Assembly: GCA_000992345.1 (NCBI GenBank)
Contig: LBUA01000001.1
Location: 81,711 to 145,710, forward strand
DNA from: Parcubacteria group bacterium GW2011_GWD2_38_12
GTDB taxonomy: Bacteria > Patescibacteriota > Minisyncoccia > GWC2-36-17
Length of the DNA: 64,000 nucleotides
Reading direction: 5' to 3'
This document shows, in pieces, positions 18,798-28,719 of this stretch (positions are counted from its first letter, which is position 1; the number at the start of each line of letters is the position of its first letter). Made by a program: the position numbers and the translations under genes. Under the pieces are notes generated by a model that saw only the letters and a program-made list of their open reading frames with translations, did no database searches and had not been told where the DNA came from.

Positions 18798-20782
18798 ATC
18801 AGCGATATCGGATCTATATCTATTGTCCAATCTTTTGTCGGGATGATGTTTAAAATATTATTTCTATCTTTTATGCCGAGATTTGATTTAATGATTATAT
18901 TGTAGACATATTGATTTTTAATGCGAGGGATGAATCCGGCCGCAGGGCCAATAATTTTAAAATTTTCCGAGTTACCGGAGAGTACGTTGATTTTTTCAGC
19001 AATCTTATGTGATTCTTTAAATGCTAATTGGGGATTAGAGTTTCTATGGGTAAGTTTTATTAACCGGAAAAATGGAGGATAATTGAATAATTTTCTTGCT
19101 TCTATCTCACGCTCGTATAATTTAGCAAAATTGGAATTTAGAGCAATGGGAAATATTTCGCTTTCCGGCTTGAATGTCTGGAGTAAAAACGTCCCGCCGT
19201 TTCCTCGGTATTTTTTAAGCTGATTGATTATTTGATAAATCCTTTCATCGGTTCTAAATTCCGGCAAATTCAAAATAGTATCAATGCTCAATACAGCAAC
19301 AATATCCGCTTTTGGAAAATCTTTATTTAATATTATTTGCGTGCCGAGAATAATATCCACCCTTTTTTCCTTAAAATCGGAAATTGCTTTTTGAATATCT
19401 TGTGTTGATAATACCGTTTCAGAATCCAGGCGTTTTATTTTTAAATCTGGAAATAATTCTTTTATTTTTTCTTCGGCTTTTTGGGAGGCAATGCCGCTGT
19501 ATCTTATTTTATGTCCGCCGCATTTTGGGCATATATCCGGGGATTTTTCTCTGTGTCCGCAATGATGGCAAAGTAATTGTTTTTCGCCCTTAATTTCTTT
19601 ATGAAAAACAATTGGTACGTCGCAATTTTTGCAATGCAGAGAAAATCCGCATTCTCGACAGAAGATAAAAGTAGCTGATCCGCGACGATTGATAAATAAA
19701 ATTGCCTGCCTACTATTTTGCGAGATTTTTTCAAGCTCCGCCGCTAAATCTTCAGATATGATTTCGTTGCCTTTTCTGACTTCGTCTCTCATGTCAATAA
19801 TTTGATGTTGGGTCTGGATTCCCGATTTCTCGGGAATGACATAGGGAGGCGCGGAAGCAACTATCGAAGTTGAACTTCGATAGTTGCTTTTTTTTGATTC
19901 TTGTCCGCCAGCTGGCGGATGGATTCTTGATTTTGTTTTATGATAAGTTTCAATTGATGGAGTACTGCTAGCCAAGATGGTTTCCGCTCCGAAAATTTCC
20001 CCGAGTTTTATGGCGCATTCGCGGCTATTATAATATGGACGCATATTCCATGATTTGAAACTTTGGTCTTGTTCTTCGTCAATTATTATCAATCCCAAAT
20101 CGGAAAACTTAGAGAAAATGGCTGATCTTGCGCCGATTATTATTTTTGTGTCGTTTGACGCGATTTTCAGCCATTCATCGAGATATTTTTTCGGCGCAAG
20201 ATTTCCAGATAAAAAACTGATTTGATTGGGTTCAAAAATTAAGTTCACTTGATTAAAAAATGACAAGGCATTTATTTGTTCTGGAAATAGAATTAAAGAT
20301 TGTTTGTTATTTTTTAAGTTTTCTTTAATTTTTTGAATATAAAAATCAATACGATCATCAGAAAAATAGAGAGAAGAATTAGATTCAAGGTTGCGTAATT
20401 CATAATTCGTAATTCGCAACCCTGTTTTTAATGGCCCTTTCGCTTTCAGTAGTTTTGTGGGTAGAATTGTTTTTAGAGCCAGTCCGAGCGGCAGAAAATA
20501 ATAATCAGCGAACCATTTTAAAAAAATAAATTCTTTTTCCGAGAAAATCGGTTCAAGAGAAATTATTTTATTTATTTTTTTTAGCGTAAAAGACGATTTT
20601 TTAAGTTGAGTTTTTTGGGAGCTAATGTCTGTCTGGGAAAGAACTATTGCGGGGGTTGGTTTGTTGCGAAGGGGTATTAGTATTAATGTTCCGCGGCTAA
20701 CTGGTTCATTGGAAAAATAGCTCAAAATTTGAGGATGTTCGCGGGGGATATTTACGGCTGGAATTGTTTCCAATAAATACAT
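18794..20782 (-). CDS. priA: Primosomal protein N'
   Basis: GARSAIF, IIIDEEQD, four CxxC pairs and YPPF. Confidence 0.93.
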   Translation of the reverse strand: MYLLETIPAVNIPREHPQILSYFSNEPVSRGTLILIPLRNKPTPAIVLSQTDISSQKTQLKKSSFTLKKINKIISLEPIFSEKEFIFLKWFADYYFLPLGLALKTILPTKLLKAKGPLKTGLRITNYELRNLESNSSLYFSDDRIDFYIQKIKENLKNNKQSLILFPEQINALSFFNQVNLIFEPNQISFLSGNLAPKKYLDEWLKIASNDTKIIIGARSAIFSKFSDLGLIIIDEEQDQSFKSWNMRPYYNSRECAIKLGEIFGAETILASSTPSIETYHKTKSRIHPPAGGQESKKSNYRSSTSIVASAPPYVIPEKSGIQTQHQIIDMRDEVRKGNEIISEDLAAELEKISQNSRQAILFINRRGSATFIFCRECGFSLHCKNCDVPIVFHKEIKGEKQLLCHHCGHREKSPDICPKCGGHKIRYSGIASQKAEEKIKELFPDLKIKRLDSETVLSTQDIQKAISDFKEKRVDIILGTQIILNKDFPKADIVAVLSIDTILNLPEFRTDERIYQIINQLKKYRGNGGTFLLQTFKPESEIFPIALNSNFAKLYEREIEARKLFNYPPFFRLIKLTHRNSNPQLAFKESHKIAEKINVLSGNSENFKIIGPAAGFIPRIKNQYVYNIIIKSNLGIKDRNNILNIIPTKDWTIDIDPISLI

Positions 20783-20896
20783 AAGCGATCAATAATTGAC
20801 AGTTACTATTTAGCATTTGACGGAAAACGCAATGTTTAACAATTAACTAATAGTGTGTAATAATTATAGCAGATAATTTCAAAATCACAGTTTTAA

Positions 20897-21619
20897 ATGA
20901 AAATCGAAATTTTAGGAGTAAAAATAGACAATATAACTTTTCAAGACGCTATTGAGAAAGCCCGGGCGCTTTTGGGTGATGATAAGCAAAATTTGATGGT
21001 GACTTGCAATCCGGAGATACTTTTGCATGCAGACAAAGATAATTTTTTTAGGGACATATTAAACTCCGCTTCTATTTGTGTTGCCGACGGCTTTGGGTTG
21101 ATATTGGCATCAAAATTTTTGAAAGATTCCCTAATGGAGAGGGTAGTGGGGGTTGATTTTGTCGGAGATTTTTGCAAAATTTGCGAGAAAGAGAGTAAAT
21201 CCGTTTATTTGCTCGGAGGCAGGGATGGCATTGCTCAAAAAACCGCAGATAGATTAAAAAAGAGATTTCCTGATTTAAAAATTTCCGGTTGGTTGGATGG
21301 GGGCATCAATTTAAAAGATTGCTGTAAATTAATAAAATCGGCTAGTCCCGATGTTTTGTTTGTGGCTCTTGGAGCGCCAAGGCAAGAGAAATGGATTTAT
21401 GATAATCTAAGAGAAATTCCTTCGGTAAAATTGGCGATTGGAGTGGGAGGCGCTTTTGATTTTATATCCGGCAATGTTAAACGCGCCCCAAAATTCATGC
21501 GTCGCCTGGGGTTGGAATGGTTGTGGCGGCTTATTATCCAGCCGTGGCGGATAAGAAGAATTTTTAATGCTGTTATTGTTTTTCCTATATTATTTTTTGC
21601 GTCTATTATTAAAAAGTAA
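20897..21619 (+). CDS. WecB/TagA/CpsF-family glycosyltransferase
   Basis: VALGAPRQEKWI, GVGGAFD and RAP..GLEWLWRL. Confidence 0.93.
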   Translation: MKIEILGVKIDNITFQDAIEKARALLGDDKQNLMVTCNPEILLHADKDNFFRDILNSASICVADGFGLILASKFLKDSLMERVVGVDFVGDFCKICEKESKSVYLLGGRDGIAQKTADRLKKRFPDLKISGWLDGGINLKDCCKLIKSASPDVLFVALGAPRQEKWIYDNLREIPSVKLAIGVGGAFDFISGNVKRAPKFMRRLGLEWLWRLIIQPWRIRRIFNAVIVFPILFFASIIKK

Positions 21620-21636
21620 TTGAAAATTGCAATTTT

Positions 21637-21960
21637 ATGACTATAAATTTTGAAGAATTTAAAAAAGTTGAATTAAGGGTGGCTAAAGTGATTACCGCAG
21701 AAAAAGTTGAGGGATCAGAAAAATTGTTGAAGTTAAGAGTTAATTTAGGGGAAGATGAAAGGCAAATTATTGCTGGCATTGGCAGGGCATATAATCCAGA
21801 AGGCTTGATTGGAAAAGAAGTAATAATAGTCGCTAATTTAGAACCGAGAAAATTAATGGGCCTTGAAAGTCAGGGAATGGTTCTTGCGGCGAGTGATGAA
21901 ATCGGCCTCGCGCTTTTATCGCCAGACAGAGAAATTCGGTCAGGGAGTCTAGTCGGATAA
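21637..21960 (+). CDS. tRNA-binding OB-fold protein (MetRS C-terminal/Trbp111-like)
   Basis: VANLEPRKLMGLESQGMVLAA. Confidence 0.9.
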   Translation: MTINFEEFKKVELRVAKVITAEKVEGSEKLLKLRVNLGEDERQIIAGIGRAYNPEGLIGKEVIIVANLEPRKLMGLESQGMVLAASDEIGLALLSPDREIRSGSLVG

Positions 21961-21965
21961 ATTTT

Positions 21966-23201
21966 ATGATAAAGAAAATTATAATTGGCATATTATTGTT
22001 AGCCACAGTGGTTGCGGGTGGTTTTATTATCAATTTTTATTGGAAAAATTTGCGCGGCATTTGGCCTGCGATTAAAAGTCCGGCAGAAGATATCTCAAGA
22101 ATTATTAAAGAGCAATCCAGAGTAGAGCAAGCGATAAATAACACATCTTTTCCATTGAAACTTCCTCCTAATTTCTCTATTTCTATTTTTGCGGAAAATC
22201 TCGGGGGTCCGCGCGTTATGACCTATGATTATGCGGGAAATATTATTACGAGCATACCGTCGCAGGGAAAAGTTGTTGCTTTGCCGGATAAGAATTCCGA
22301 TGGAATTGCTGATGAGGTTGTAACTGTTGTTGAGGGACTTAATCGGCCGCATGGACTTATAACGCGTTGTACTGAAAAGTGCGAATTTTATATCGCGGAA
22401 ACGGATAAAGTCGCGGTATATGATTATGACGCGGAAAAATTAAAAGCATTTAACAAAAGAAAAATTATTGATTTGCCCGGGGGCGGCAATCATTTCACAC
22501 GAACAATTCTTTTTCTGCCAGAACCAAATGACCATAAATTATTGACTTCAATCGGGTCGTCTTGCGATACCTGCGAAGAAAAAGATTGGCGAAGAGGAAG
22601 GATTTTGATTTCTAATGCCGATGGAAGCGATTTGAAGGAATTTGTCAAAGGACTTCGCAATTCCGTATTTATGGCGATACATCCCGTGACTGGTAAGATT
22701 TGGGCAACGGAAATGGGGCGGGATTTTTTGGGCGATGATTTACCGCCGGATGAGATAAATATAATTGAAGAAGGCCAGTGGTATGGCTGGCCATGGTTTT
22801 ACGGTAAAAATATCGAAGATTATGAATTTAGTCCATATAGTCGTCCACTGTTTGTAAAAGAGCCACAATCAAGTTATATAGATATTCCCGCGCATTCCGC
22901 GCCGCTTGGTCTTGCGTTTTTTCCGGAAGAGGGCTGGCCGGAGGAATATTGGCATAATTTGCTTGTAGCGTATCATGGATCATGGAATCGTACAGAGCCG
23001 ACGGGATATAAAATTGCCCGTTATAAATTAGACTCACAAGGAAATTATTTTAGTGAAGAAGATTTTATTTCCGGTTGGCTTCAAAGTGACGGCACGGCGC
23101 TTGGCCGACCTGTTGATATTTTGATTCAACCAGGCGGGATTATTTATGTTTCCGATGATAAAGCGGGAGTGATTTATCGGATTATTCATAATAAGACTTG
23201 A
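21966..23201 (+). CDS. PQQ-dependent glucose/sorbosone dehydrogenase-like beta-propeller, membrane-anchored
   Basis: GLRNSV, PPDEINII, YGWP, HSAPLGL and HGSWNR. Confidence 0.88.
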   Translation: MIKKIIIGILLLATVVAGGFIINFYWKNLRGIWPAIKSPAEDISRIIKEQSRVEQAINNTSFPLKLPPNFSISIFAENLGGPRVMTYDYAGNIITSIPSQGKVVALPDKNSDGIADEVVTVVEGLNRPHGLITRCTEKCEFYIAETDKVAVYDYDAEKLKAFNKRKIIDLPGGGNHFTRTILFLPEPNDHKLLTSIGSSCDTCEEKDWRRGRILISNADGSDLKEFVKGLRNSVFMAIHPVTGKIWATEMGRDFLGDDLPPDEINIIEEGQWYGWPWFYGKNIEDYEFSPYSRPLFVKEPQSSYIDIPAHSAPLGLAFFPEEGWPEEYWHNLLVAYHGSWNRTEPTGYKIARYKLDSQGNYFSEEDFISGWLQSDGTALGRPVDILIQPGGIIYVSDDKAGVIYRIIHNKT

Positions 23202-23244
23202 CAGTATTTATATAGTAGTATAAACTCTCACCCTGTTCTTTAAA
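23198..23244 (+). promoter_or_regulatory. Sigma70 promoter plus boxA-like motif
   Basis: TTGACA-N17-TAAACT, then TGTTCTTTAAA at 23234-23244. Confidence 0.55.
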
Positions 23245-23306
23245 GGGGATAAGCCTCGGCGAAAGGTTATCCAAAACAAAAAAACAAAAAAACGGAGGAA
23301 CACAGG

Positions 23307-24146
23307 ATGCCGAAGAAACCGATCGAGATTCAGATACATGAGATAACGGATCCAAAGCTTTTGGCGGAGTTTGACCCGAAGCGGATCGTGGGCCTTATCT
23401 CGCCGGACCAGAAGTCGCTGAGTGTCGCTTACCTTTCGGAGCTTGTATCACTTTCCGAAAAGGTGAGAGTCAGGATACCGGCGGTATTCTGCGGAAAGAA
23501 CGCGCATCCCACAGTCATAGGCAACATACAGATAAGGAAAGACGTTGCCGGCCATAATTTCGCGTTGAACGAGATTATAGGCCCCATCAACCCGACAGTT
23601 TTTTCGTGGATCACGGCTATAACCGCGAACATGCAAAAAATCGGGTTGGTAAATGCCTTTTTTCCCGCTTACAAGGCCGAAAAGGAGGAGTCAAGATTTC
23701 TTTACGGCATCATCGATCCAAAAGGAAGCATGATGTCCGCGGGAATAGTCTTGGATGAAGCCGTTAAGAACATCCGGCTGACCCAGGGCAACATGGTCTT
23801 CTTCACGGTCAAAGAGGAGGTCAGAAGGATCTCTTTTAAGGATATCAGCAAGAAGGATTGGCTGGCGCATTCATGGCCTGTCACATCCTACAAAGCCGAT
23901 ATCGTGTTTCTGGGCAGGCCGAACAGAAGCGCAATGACAGTGGTTCTGTCTAACGGGGAAACGCACAGCATCGGTCTGGGACACGGAGGATCCACAATCA
24001 ACGTAAAAGGGGGCGCAGACAACAAGGTCGTCATTCTCGAGCCGGTATCGTCATTATTGTCAATCGGCGCGGGAATAATAGCGGCTGTTTCGCAGGAAAA
24101 GGAGGATTTATTCCTCTATCCCGAGTCCACCGTCGCCGTCGCGTAA
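23307..24146 (+). CDS. Hypothetical protein (beta-rich, GC-rich ORFan)
   Basis: 279-aa ORF with GGAGG SD; visibly higher GC than its neighbours. Confidence 0.8.
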   Translation: MPKKPIEIQIHEITDPKLLAEFDPKRIVGLISPDQKSLSVAYLSELVSLSEKVRVRIPAVFCGKNAHPTVIGNIQIRKDVAGHNFALNEIIGPINPTVFSWITAITANMQKIGLVNAFFPAYKAEKEESRFLYGIIDPKGSMMSAGIVLDEAVKNIRLTQGNMVFFTVKEEVRRISFKDISKKDWLAHSWPVTSYKADIVFLGRPNRSAMTVVLSNGETHSIGLGHGGSTINVKGGADNKVVILEPVSSLLSIGAGIIAAVSQEKEDLFLYPESTVAVA

Positions 24147-24197
24147 CGGAGCAGTAAGCAATAACAGCAAAAAATCCTTTCGCCGAGGATATATCCT

Positions 24198-24230
24198 AAA
24201 CGCCGGAATCAAAAGATTCCGGCGTTTTTT
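24198..24230 (+). terminator. Intrinsic terminator
   Basis: AAACGCCGGAATC/GATTCCGGCGTTT plus T-run. Confidence 0.85.
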
Positions 24231-24326
24231 ATTTTATTGTAGAATTGATTTCTGATTAATTTTATAGTATTCTTTTTTAAGAAAGTATTTGGCTCATTTT
24301 AAAATAAATAAAAAAAGAGGCGCGCT

Positions 24327-24713
24327 ATGGGGAGAGAGATTCGAGTTCCTTCTGATGTGGTGGTGGCTATTTTCGCTTTTATCGGGGCAAGGAAAAGATT
24401 TCCATATAACAGAGAGAAAATAGATACGGTTTTATATAAGTTGTCTCAAGAAAATGAGTTTGCGGATTTATTCAATGATTTTAGTTTCGCGCAAAATTAT
24501 ATATGGTCTTTTCCATACTGTGAAGAGATTGGGTATGCGTTAGATGGACTATTTTTTTCGGGATTACTTGAGTGCATCGGTCCATATATGCAGGAATGCG
24601 AAGTTACGGAAAATTTGGCAAAAAAAGATTTTTCAGACATATTTACTCAAGAAGAGATGGATCTCTTAAGGAGGGTATCGGAAAAATTTCAAAAATATGT
24701 GGAAGAGGTTTGA
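24327..24713 (+). CDS. Hypothetical protein
   Basis: 128-aa ORF, AGAGG SD, TTGATT-N17-TATTCT upstream. Confidence 0.75.
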   Translation: MGREIRVPSDVVVAIFAFIGARKRFPYNREKIDTVLYKLSQENEFADLFNDFSFAQNYIWSFPYCEEIGYALDGLFFSGLLECIGPYMQECEVTENLAKKDFSDIFTQEEMDLLRRVSEKFQKYVEEV

Positions 24714-24740
24714 TCTTTTTTTAAGATAAACAATTAAAAT

Positions 24741-24778
24741 AAAAGAGCCGATTTTATCGGCTCTTTTTATTTTTTTTA
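24741..24778. terminator. Bidirectional terminator
   Basis: AAAAGAGCCGAT/ATCGGCTCTTTT between convergent ORFs. Confidence 0.75.
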
Positions 24779-24990
24779 TGAAGCGACCAGATTGCTAAAG
24801 GCTTTTTATTTCCATGAAAAGAATCGGCATTTTTATAAACTTCAATTAATGCAAGACCGGCGAAATGGCTATGGCCCTTGCGGGTTCTGATAATAGCATC
24901 TTCTGGTGTTTTTGCCTTCATATAAATATCATATTCATCCGAAAAAAAAGGCGCGTGATTACTTTTTATAAAAATGAAATATTTTTTCAT
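24754..24990 (-). CDS. Hypothetical protein
   Basis: 78-aa ORF with AAGGAGG SD downstream of tRNA-Lys. Confidence 0.7.
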   Translation of the reverse strand: MKKYFIFIKSNHAPFFSDEYDIYMKAKTPEDAIIRTRKGHSHFAGLALIEVYKNADSFHGNKKPLAIWSLHKKNKKSR

Positions 24991-25037
24991 AAAAGACCTC
25001 CTTTATTCGTTTTTGTAAAAGTACTAAATTTCCTGTC

Positions 25038-25113
25038 TGGTGCGCCGGGGGGGAATTGAACCCTCGACCGTCTGCTTAAAAGGCAGCTGCTCTACCGACT
25101 GAGCTACCGGCGC
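25038..25113 (-). tRNA. tRNA-Lys(UUU)
   Basis: Cloverleaf GCGCCGG...CCGGCGC-ACCA, anticodon loop CT-TTT-AA. Confidence 0.93.
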
Positions 25114-25241
25114 GTGAATTTACAGAATTTAGTCTGCCGTGGCGGATAGAATTTAGAATGAAGGAATGAATGTAAAATTCTGAAAAATATGTTATATAAT
25201 ATATAGGAATTTTTATTTATAATCAAGTATCATAAAATATA

Positions 25242-26237
25242 ATGACTCATAATTCTAAATTAAAAATTGGCGTTTTGATGGGTGGACCGTCGTCGGAACA
25301 TGAGGTGTCTTTGGAAACTGGTCGAAAAGTAATGAAGCATCTTGATAGTAATAAATATGAAGTTAAACCGATTAAAATATCAAGAGACGGTGAATGGCAT
25401 ATTAATGGAGCAAAAGCTAAGATAGAAACAGCGCTTCATGATATAGATTTGGCATTTATCGCGATGCATGGCGAATATGGTGAAGATGGGCAAATTCAAG
25501 TTATTTTAGAGCAGTATAATAAGCCCTATACGGGGTCTGGCGTGTTTGCTTCGCAGATTGCGATGGATAAATCCCAAAGCAAAAAACTATTTGAAAGTCA
25601 CGGATTTCTAATTCCTAAATCAGCATTATTGAAATATGGCGAAAGGGGATTTTTACAGAAATTCGAAAGTGTTTCAAAGGACGGCCCTTGGGTGGTAAAA
25701 CCATGTTCTCGCGGTTCCAGCGTAGGCACATCCATTATTAAAAATAAAAAGGATATTTTTGATGCAGTGCATAAAGCGTTTGAATATGACAATCAAGTTT
25801 TAATTGAAGAGCATATAAAGGGCAGGGAATTCACTTGCGGAGTTTTGGAAAATTATCCGTCTCGGGAGAATAGAAAATATTTTGCTTTACCGGTTACAGA
25901 GATAATACCAAGAAAGAGTTATCAATTTTTTGATTATGAAGCAAAATATAAAGAGGGAGCGACAAAGGAGGTGACGCCAGCCGAGATTTCAAGAGATTTA
26001 ACTCAAAAAATTCAAGGAATTGCTGTTGCGGCTCATGCCTTGCTCGGTTGTAGTGGATATTCAAGGTCGGATTTCATAATAACTCCAAAGAATGAAATAT
26101 ATATTTTAGAATTAAATACATTGCCCGGTATGACCCAGACTTCGCTTTTGCCTCAAGCCGCAAAAGCCGCAAAAATAGAATTTCCGGAGTTATTGGATAA
26201 AATAATCTACAATGCTCTGAAAAAGTATTATGCTTGA
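25242..26237 (+). CDS. ddl: D-alanine--D-alanine ligase
   Basis: GGPSSEHEVSL, HGEYGEDG, GSSVG and ELNTLPGMT. Confidence 0.96.
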   Translation: MTHNSKLKIGVLMGGPSSEHEVSLETGRKVMKHLDSNKYEVKPIKISRDGEWHINGAKAKIETALHDIDLAFIAMHGEYGEDGQIQVILEQYNKPYTGSGVFASQIAMDKSQSKKLFESHGFLIPKSALLKYGERGFLQKFESVSKDGPWVVKPCSRGSSVGTSIIKNKKDIFDAVHKAFEYDNQVLIEEHIKGREFTCGVLENYPSRENRKYFALPVTEIIPRKSYQFFDYEAKYKEGATKEVTPAEISRDLTQKIQGIAVAAHALLGCSGYSRSDFIITPKNEIYILELNTLPGMTQTSLLPQAAKAAKIEFPELLDKIIYNALKKYYA

Positions 26238-26288
26238 TTTTTATTAATATTTTTTATATTGTATTTTAGCTTCTAATTTCTAAATTAT

Positions 26289-26364
26289 GGGCCCTTAGCT
26301 CATTTGGTAGAGCACCTGCTTTGCAAGCAGGGGGTGATCGGTTCGAGCCCGATAGGGTCCACCA
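26289..26364 (+). tRNA. tRNA-Ala(UGC)
   Basis: GGGCCCT...AGGGTCC-ACCA with G3:U70, anticodon TGC. Confidence 0.95.
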
Positions 26365-26424
26365 AACAAAACCCTCTTCATATGAAGAGGGTTTTGTTAT
26401 ACAAACGCAAGCGAAAATGTCATA

Positions 26425-27138
26425 ATGGATTACATGAATATACCGCAACATATCGCTATAATCCCGGATGGTAATAGACGTTGGGCAAAAAAGAATTCAT
26501 TGCCGGTTTTTAGGGGTCATCGCCAAGGGATTAAATCCATAGAAGAAGTAATAAAATGCGCCCTAGATTTAAAGATACCCTATCTTACTTTTTGGGGTTG
26601 CTCCATGAGCAATATTCTTAACAGATCCAAATTGGAGGTAAATTTTTTAATGAAAATTTTCGAGCAGAATTTCAGAAAAATAGTTCAAAATGAAGACATA
26701 CATAATAAAAAGGCGGGGATTGCCGTTGTGGGGCGATGGCGGGAATTATTTCCCAAAAAAACAAAAGAATCTATAGAAAAAGCCATTGATGCAACCAAGA
26801 ATTATCAAAATTATCATTTAACATTCTTGATGGCTTACAGCGGAATGGATGAAATGCAGACTGCAATACAAAATATTATAAAATTAAAGACAGGGAATAT
26901 AAATTTGAAAATCGATGAAAATGTTATAAAAAATAATCTTTGGACTAATAATTTGCCTCCGGTTGATTTGGTGATTCGCACGGGAGGAGAGCCTCATTGG
27001 TCGGATGGTTTTATGATGTGGGATGTGGCCAATGCCCAGTTGTATTTTACGGAAACTTTATGGCCTGATTTTTCGGGGAAAGAATTTAGAAAAGTAGTGG
27101 ATAGATATAGTAAAACAGAGAGACGAATGGGAAAATAA
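26425..27138 (+). CDS. uppS: Undecaprenyl diphosphate synthase
   Basis: PQHIAIIPDGNRRWA, DLVIRTGGE and LWPDF. Confidence 0.95.
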   Translation: MDYMNIPQHIAIIPDGNRRWAKKNSLPVFRGHRQGIKSIEEVIKCALDLKIPYLTFWGCSMSNILNRSKLEVNFLMKIFEQNFRKIVQNEDIHNKKAGIAVVGRWRELFPKKTKESIEKAIDATKNYQNYHLTFLMAYSGMDEMQTAIQNIIKLKTGNINLKIDENVIKNNLWTNNLPPVDLVIRTGGEPHWSDGFMMWDVANAQLYFTETLWPDFSGKEFRKVVDRYSKTERRMGK

Positions 27139-27172
27139 TAAAGATGAGCTTCATATTGAGTGTAATGAATTT

Positions 27173-28207
27173 ATGCAATATAAATTTTATACAACCTCGG
27201 AGAAGGCCTGGGACGCGATGCTGGAAGCGATTAAGGACGCGAAAAAATTTATTTTTCTGGAAATGTATATTTTTATTGATAATACCGAGGGGTATAATTT
27301 TTTTGAAATCTTAGAGAAGAAAGCAAAAGAGGGCGTGAGGGTGAAGATAATCATTGATTCCTTCGGAAGCCAGGAACTAAATAAAGAAGTAATTGAAAAA
27401 ATCAGAAAAGCCGGAGCAGAATTGTTATTTTTCAGTTATTGGCTTAGTCGCGCGCATAAGAAAATTTTAATTATTGACGGGAATATCGCCTTTTTGGGAG
27501 GCGTTAATATCCATAAATCATTCCAGAAATGGAATGATTTACAGGTTAGATTTACGGGGGTTATGGTAAAAAGCGTTATTCGTTCGTTCGCAAAAAGTTA
27601 CGAAATGTGCGGAGGCAAAGATGTTGAAGTCCTTATTTATAATAATAAAAAAAATATTTTCAGAAAAACGAAACTTTGGTTTTTAGAGCATCAGCAATTA
27701 GGCAAAAAGAAATTGCTTAAAAAGCATTATCAAAACAGAATTAAAAATGCCAAAGAAAAAATAATTATAGTTACGCCCTATTTTATTCCGCGCAGATGGT
27801 TAATAGGTGTTCTGCATCAAGCGATTCTAAGGGGGGTTCGCGCGGAAATCATATTGCCGCTTTATACTGACCACTGGATTTTCAACAGAGTGAATTATTT
27901 TTATATTTCAAAATTTCATCGGATAGGCATAAATTTTTATCTGCAAAGAGAAATGAACCATGCCAAAGCGATGATAATCGATAATGCTGAAGGGATGGTT
28001 GGATCGCAAAATATTGATCCACTGTCTTTTGACCATAATTTAGAAGCCGGTATATTTTTTCGCGATAAAAAAATGGTGGATGACCTCGGAAAAATAATTT
28101 CGGATTGGAAGCAAAATTGCGTGATTTTTGAACCGTCAATGTATAAGAAAATATGGTTTGATTATTTTCTTGCGCCAGCAATGCGCATTTTTCAGTCGGT
28201 ATTTTAG
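27173..28207 (+). CDS. Phospholipase D-family / cardiolipin synthase-like protein
   Basis: Two HxKxxxxD motifs (HKKILIID, HAKAMIID). Confidence 0.9.
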   Translation: MQYKFYTTSEKAWDAMLEAIKDAKKFIFLEMYIFIDNTEGYNFFEILEKKAKEGVRVKIIIDSFGSQELNKEVIEKIRKAGAELLFFSYWLSRAHKKILIIDGNIAFLGGVNIHKSFQKWNDLQVRFTGVMVKSVIRSFAKSYEMCGGKDVEVLIYNNKKNIFRKTKLWFLEHQQLGKKKLLKKHYQNRIKNAKEKIIIVTPYFIPRRWLIGVLHQAILRGVRAEIILPLYTDHWIFNRVNYFYISKFHRIGINFYLQREMNHAKAMIIDNAEGMVGSQNIDPLSFDHNLEAGIFFRDKKMVDDLGKIISDWKQNCVIFEPSMYKKIWFDYFLAPAMRIFQSVF

Positions 28208-28239
28208 AGTTTACTCATTAACTGAAATATGATAACTTA

Positions 28240-28635
28240 TTGATGATTATGATTAAAAAACTGCTTAAATTTTTTGATAAAACAGAGGATAAGGTGAGGG
28301 AAATTTTAAGCCGCTATGTGATTTTATATGCGTTTATTGGCGGTGTGGCAATTGTTCTTTTTTGGCGCGGTGTATGGAAAATCGCGGATGGATTATTCTT
28401 TATGACCGGCGTCATGTCTGTTATAATCAGCTCCGCCATACTTTTGCTCACGGGATTATTTGTTTCCTTTTTTATCGGCGATCGCATTATATTGTCGGGA
28501 TTAAAAAAGGAGAAAAAATTAGCCGAAAAAACAGAAGAAGAAATAAAATCAGAGCTTGAGCGAAGCATAAGAATAATTGATAAATTAGAAAAAATAGAAA
28601 AAGATTTAGAAGAGGTTAAAAATAAAATTAAATAA
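28240..28635 (+). CDS. Hypothetical membrane protein with C-terminal coiled coil
   Basis: Two TM segments, LFWRGVW. Confidence 0.8.
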   Translation: MMIMIKKLLKFFDKTEDKVREILSRYVILYAFIGGVAIVLFWRGVWKIADGLFFMTGVMSVIISSAILLLTGLFVSFFIGDRIILSGLKKEKKLAEKTEEEIKSELERSIRIIDKLEKIEKDLEEVKNKIK

Positions 28636-28719
28636 CTTAAAACTTGAAACCTAGAGCTTGAAACTTAATCTGTGAGGCGGACAAGCTTCAAGATTTAAGC
28701 TTCAAGTTTCAACTTTTAT

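Noticed and set aside
26266-26451. ORFs overlapping tRNAs (also 24865-25059, 54621-54884 and 63794-63988)
   Set aside because: Spurious translations across tRNA genes.
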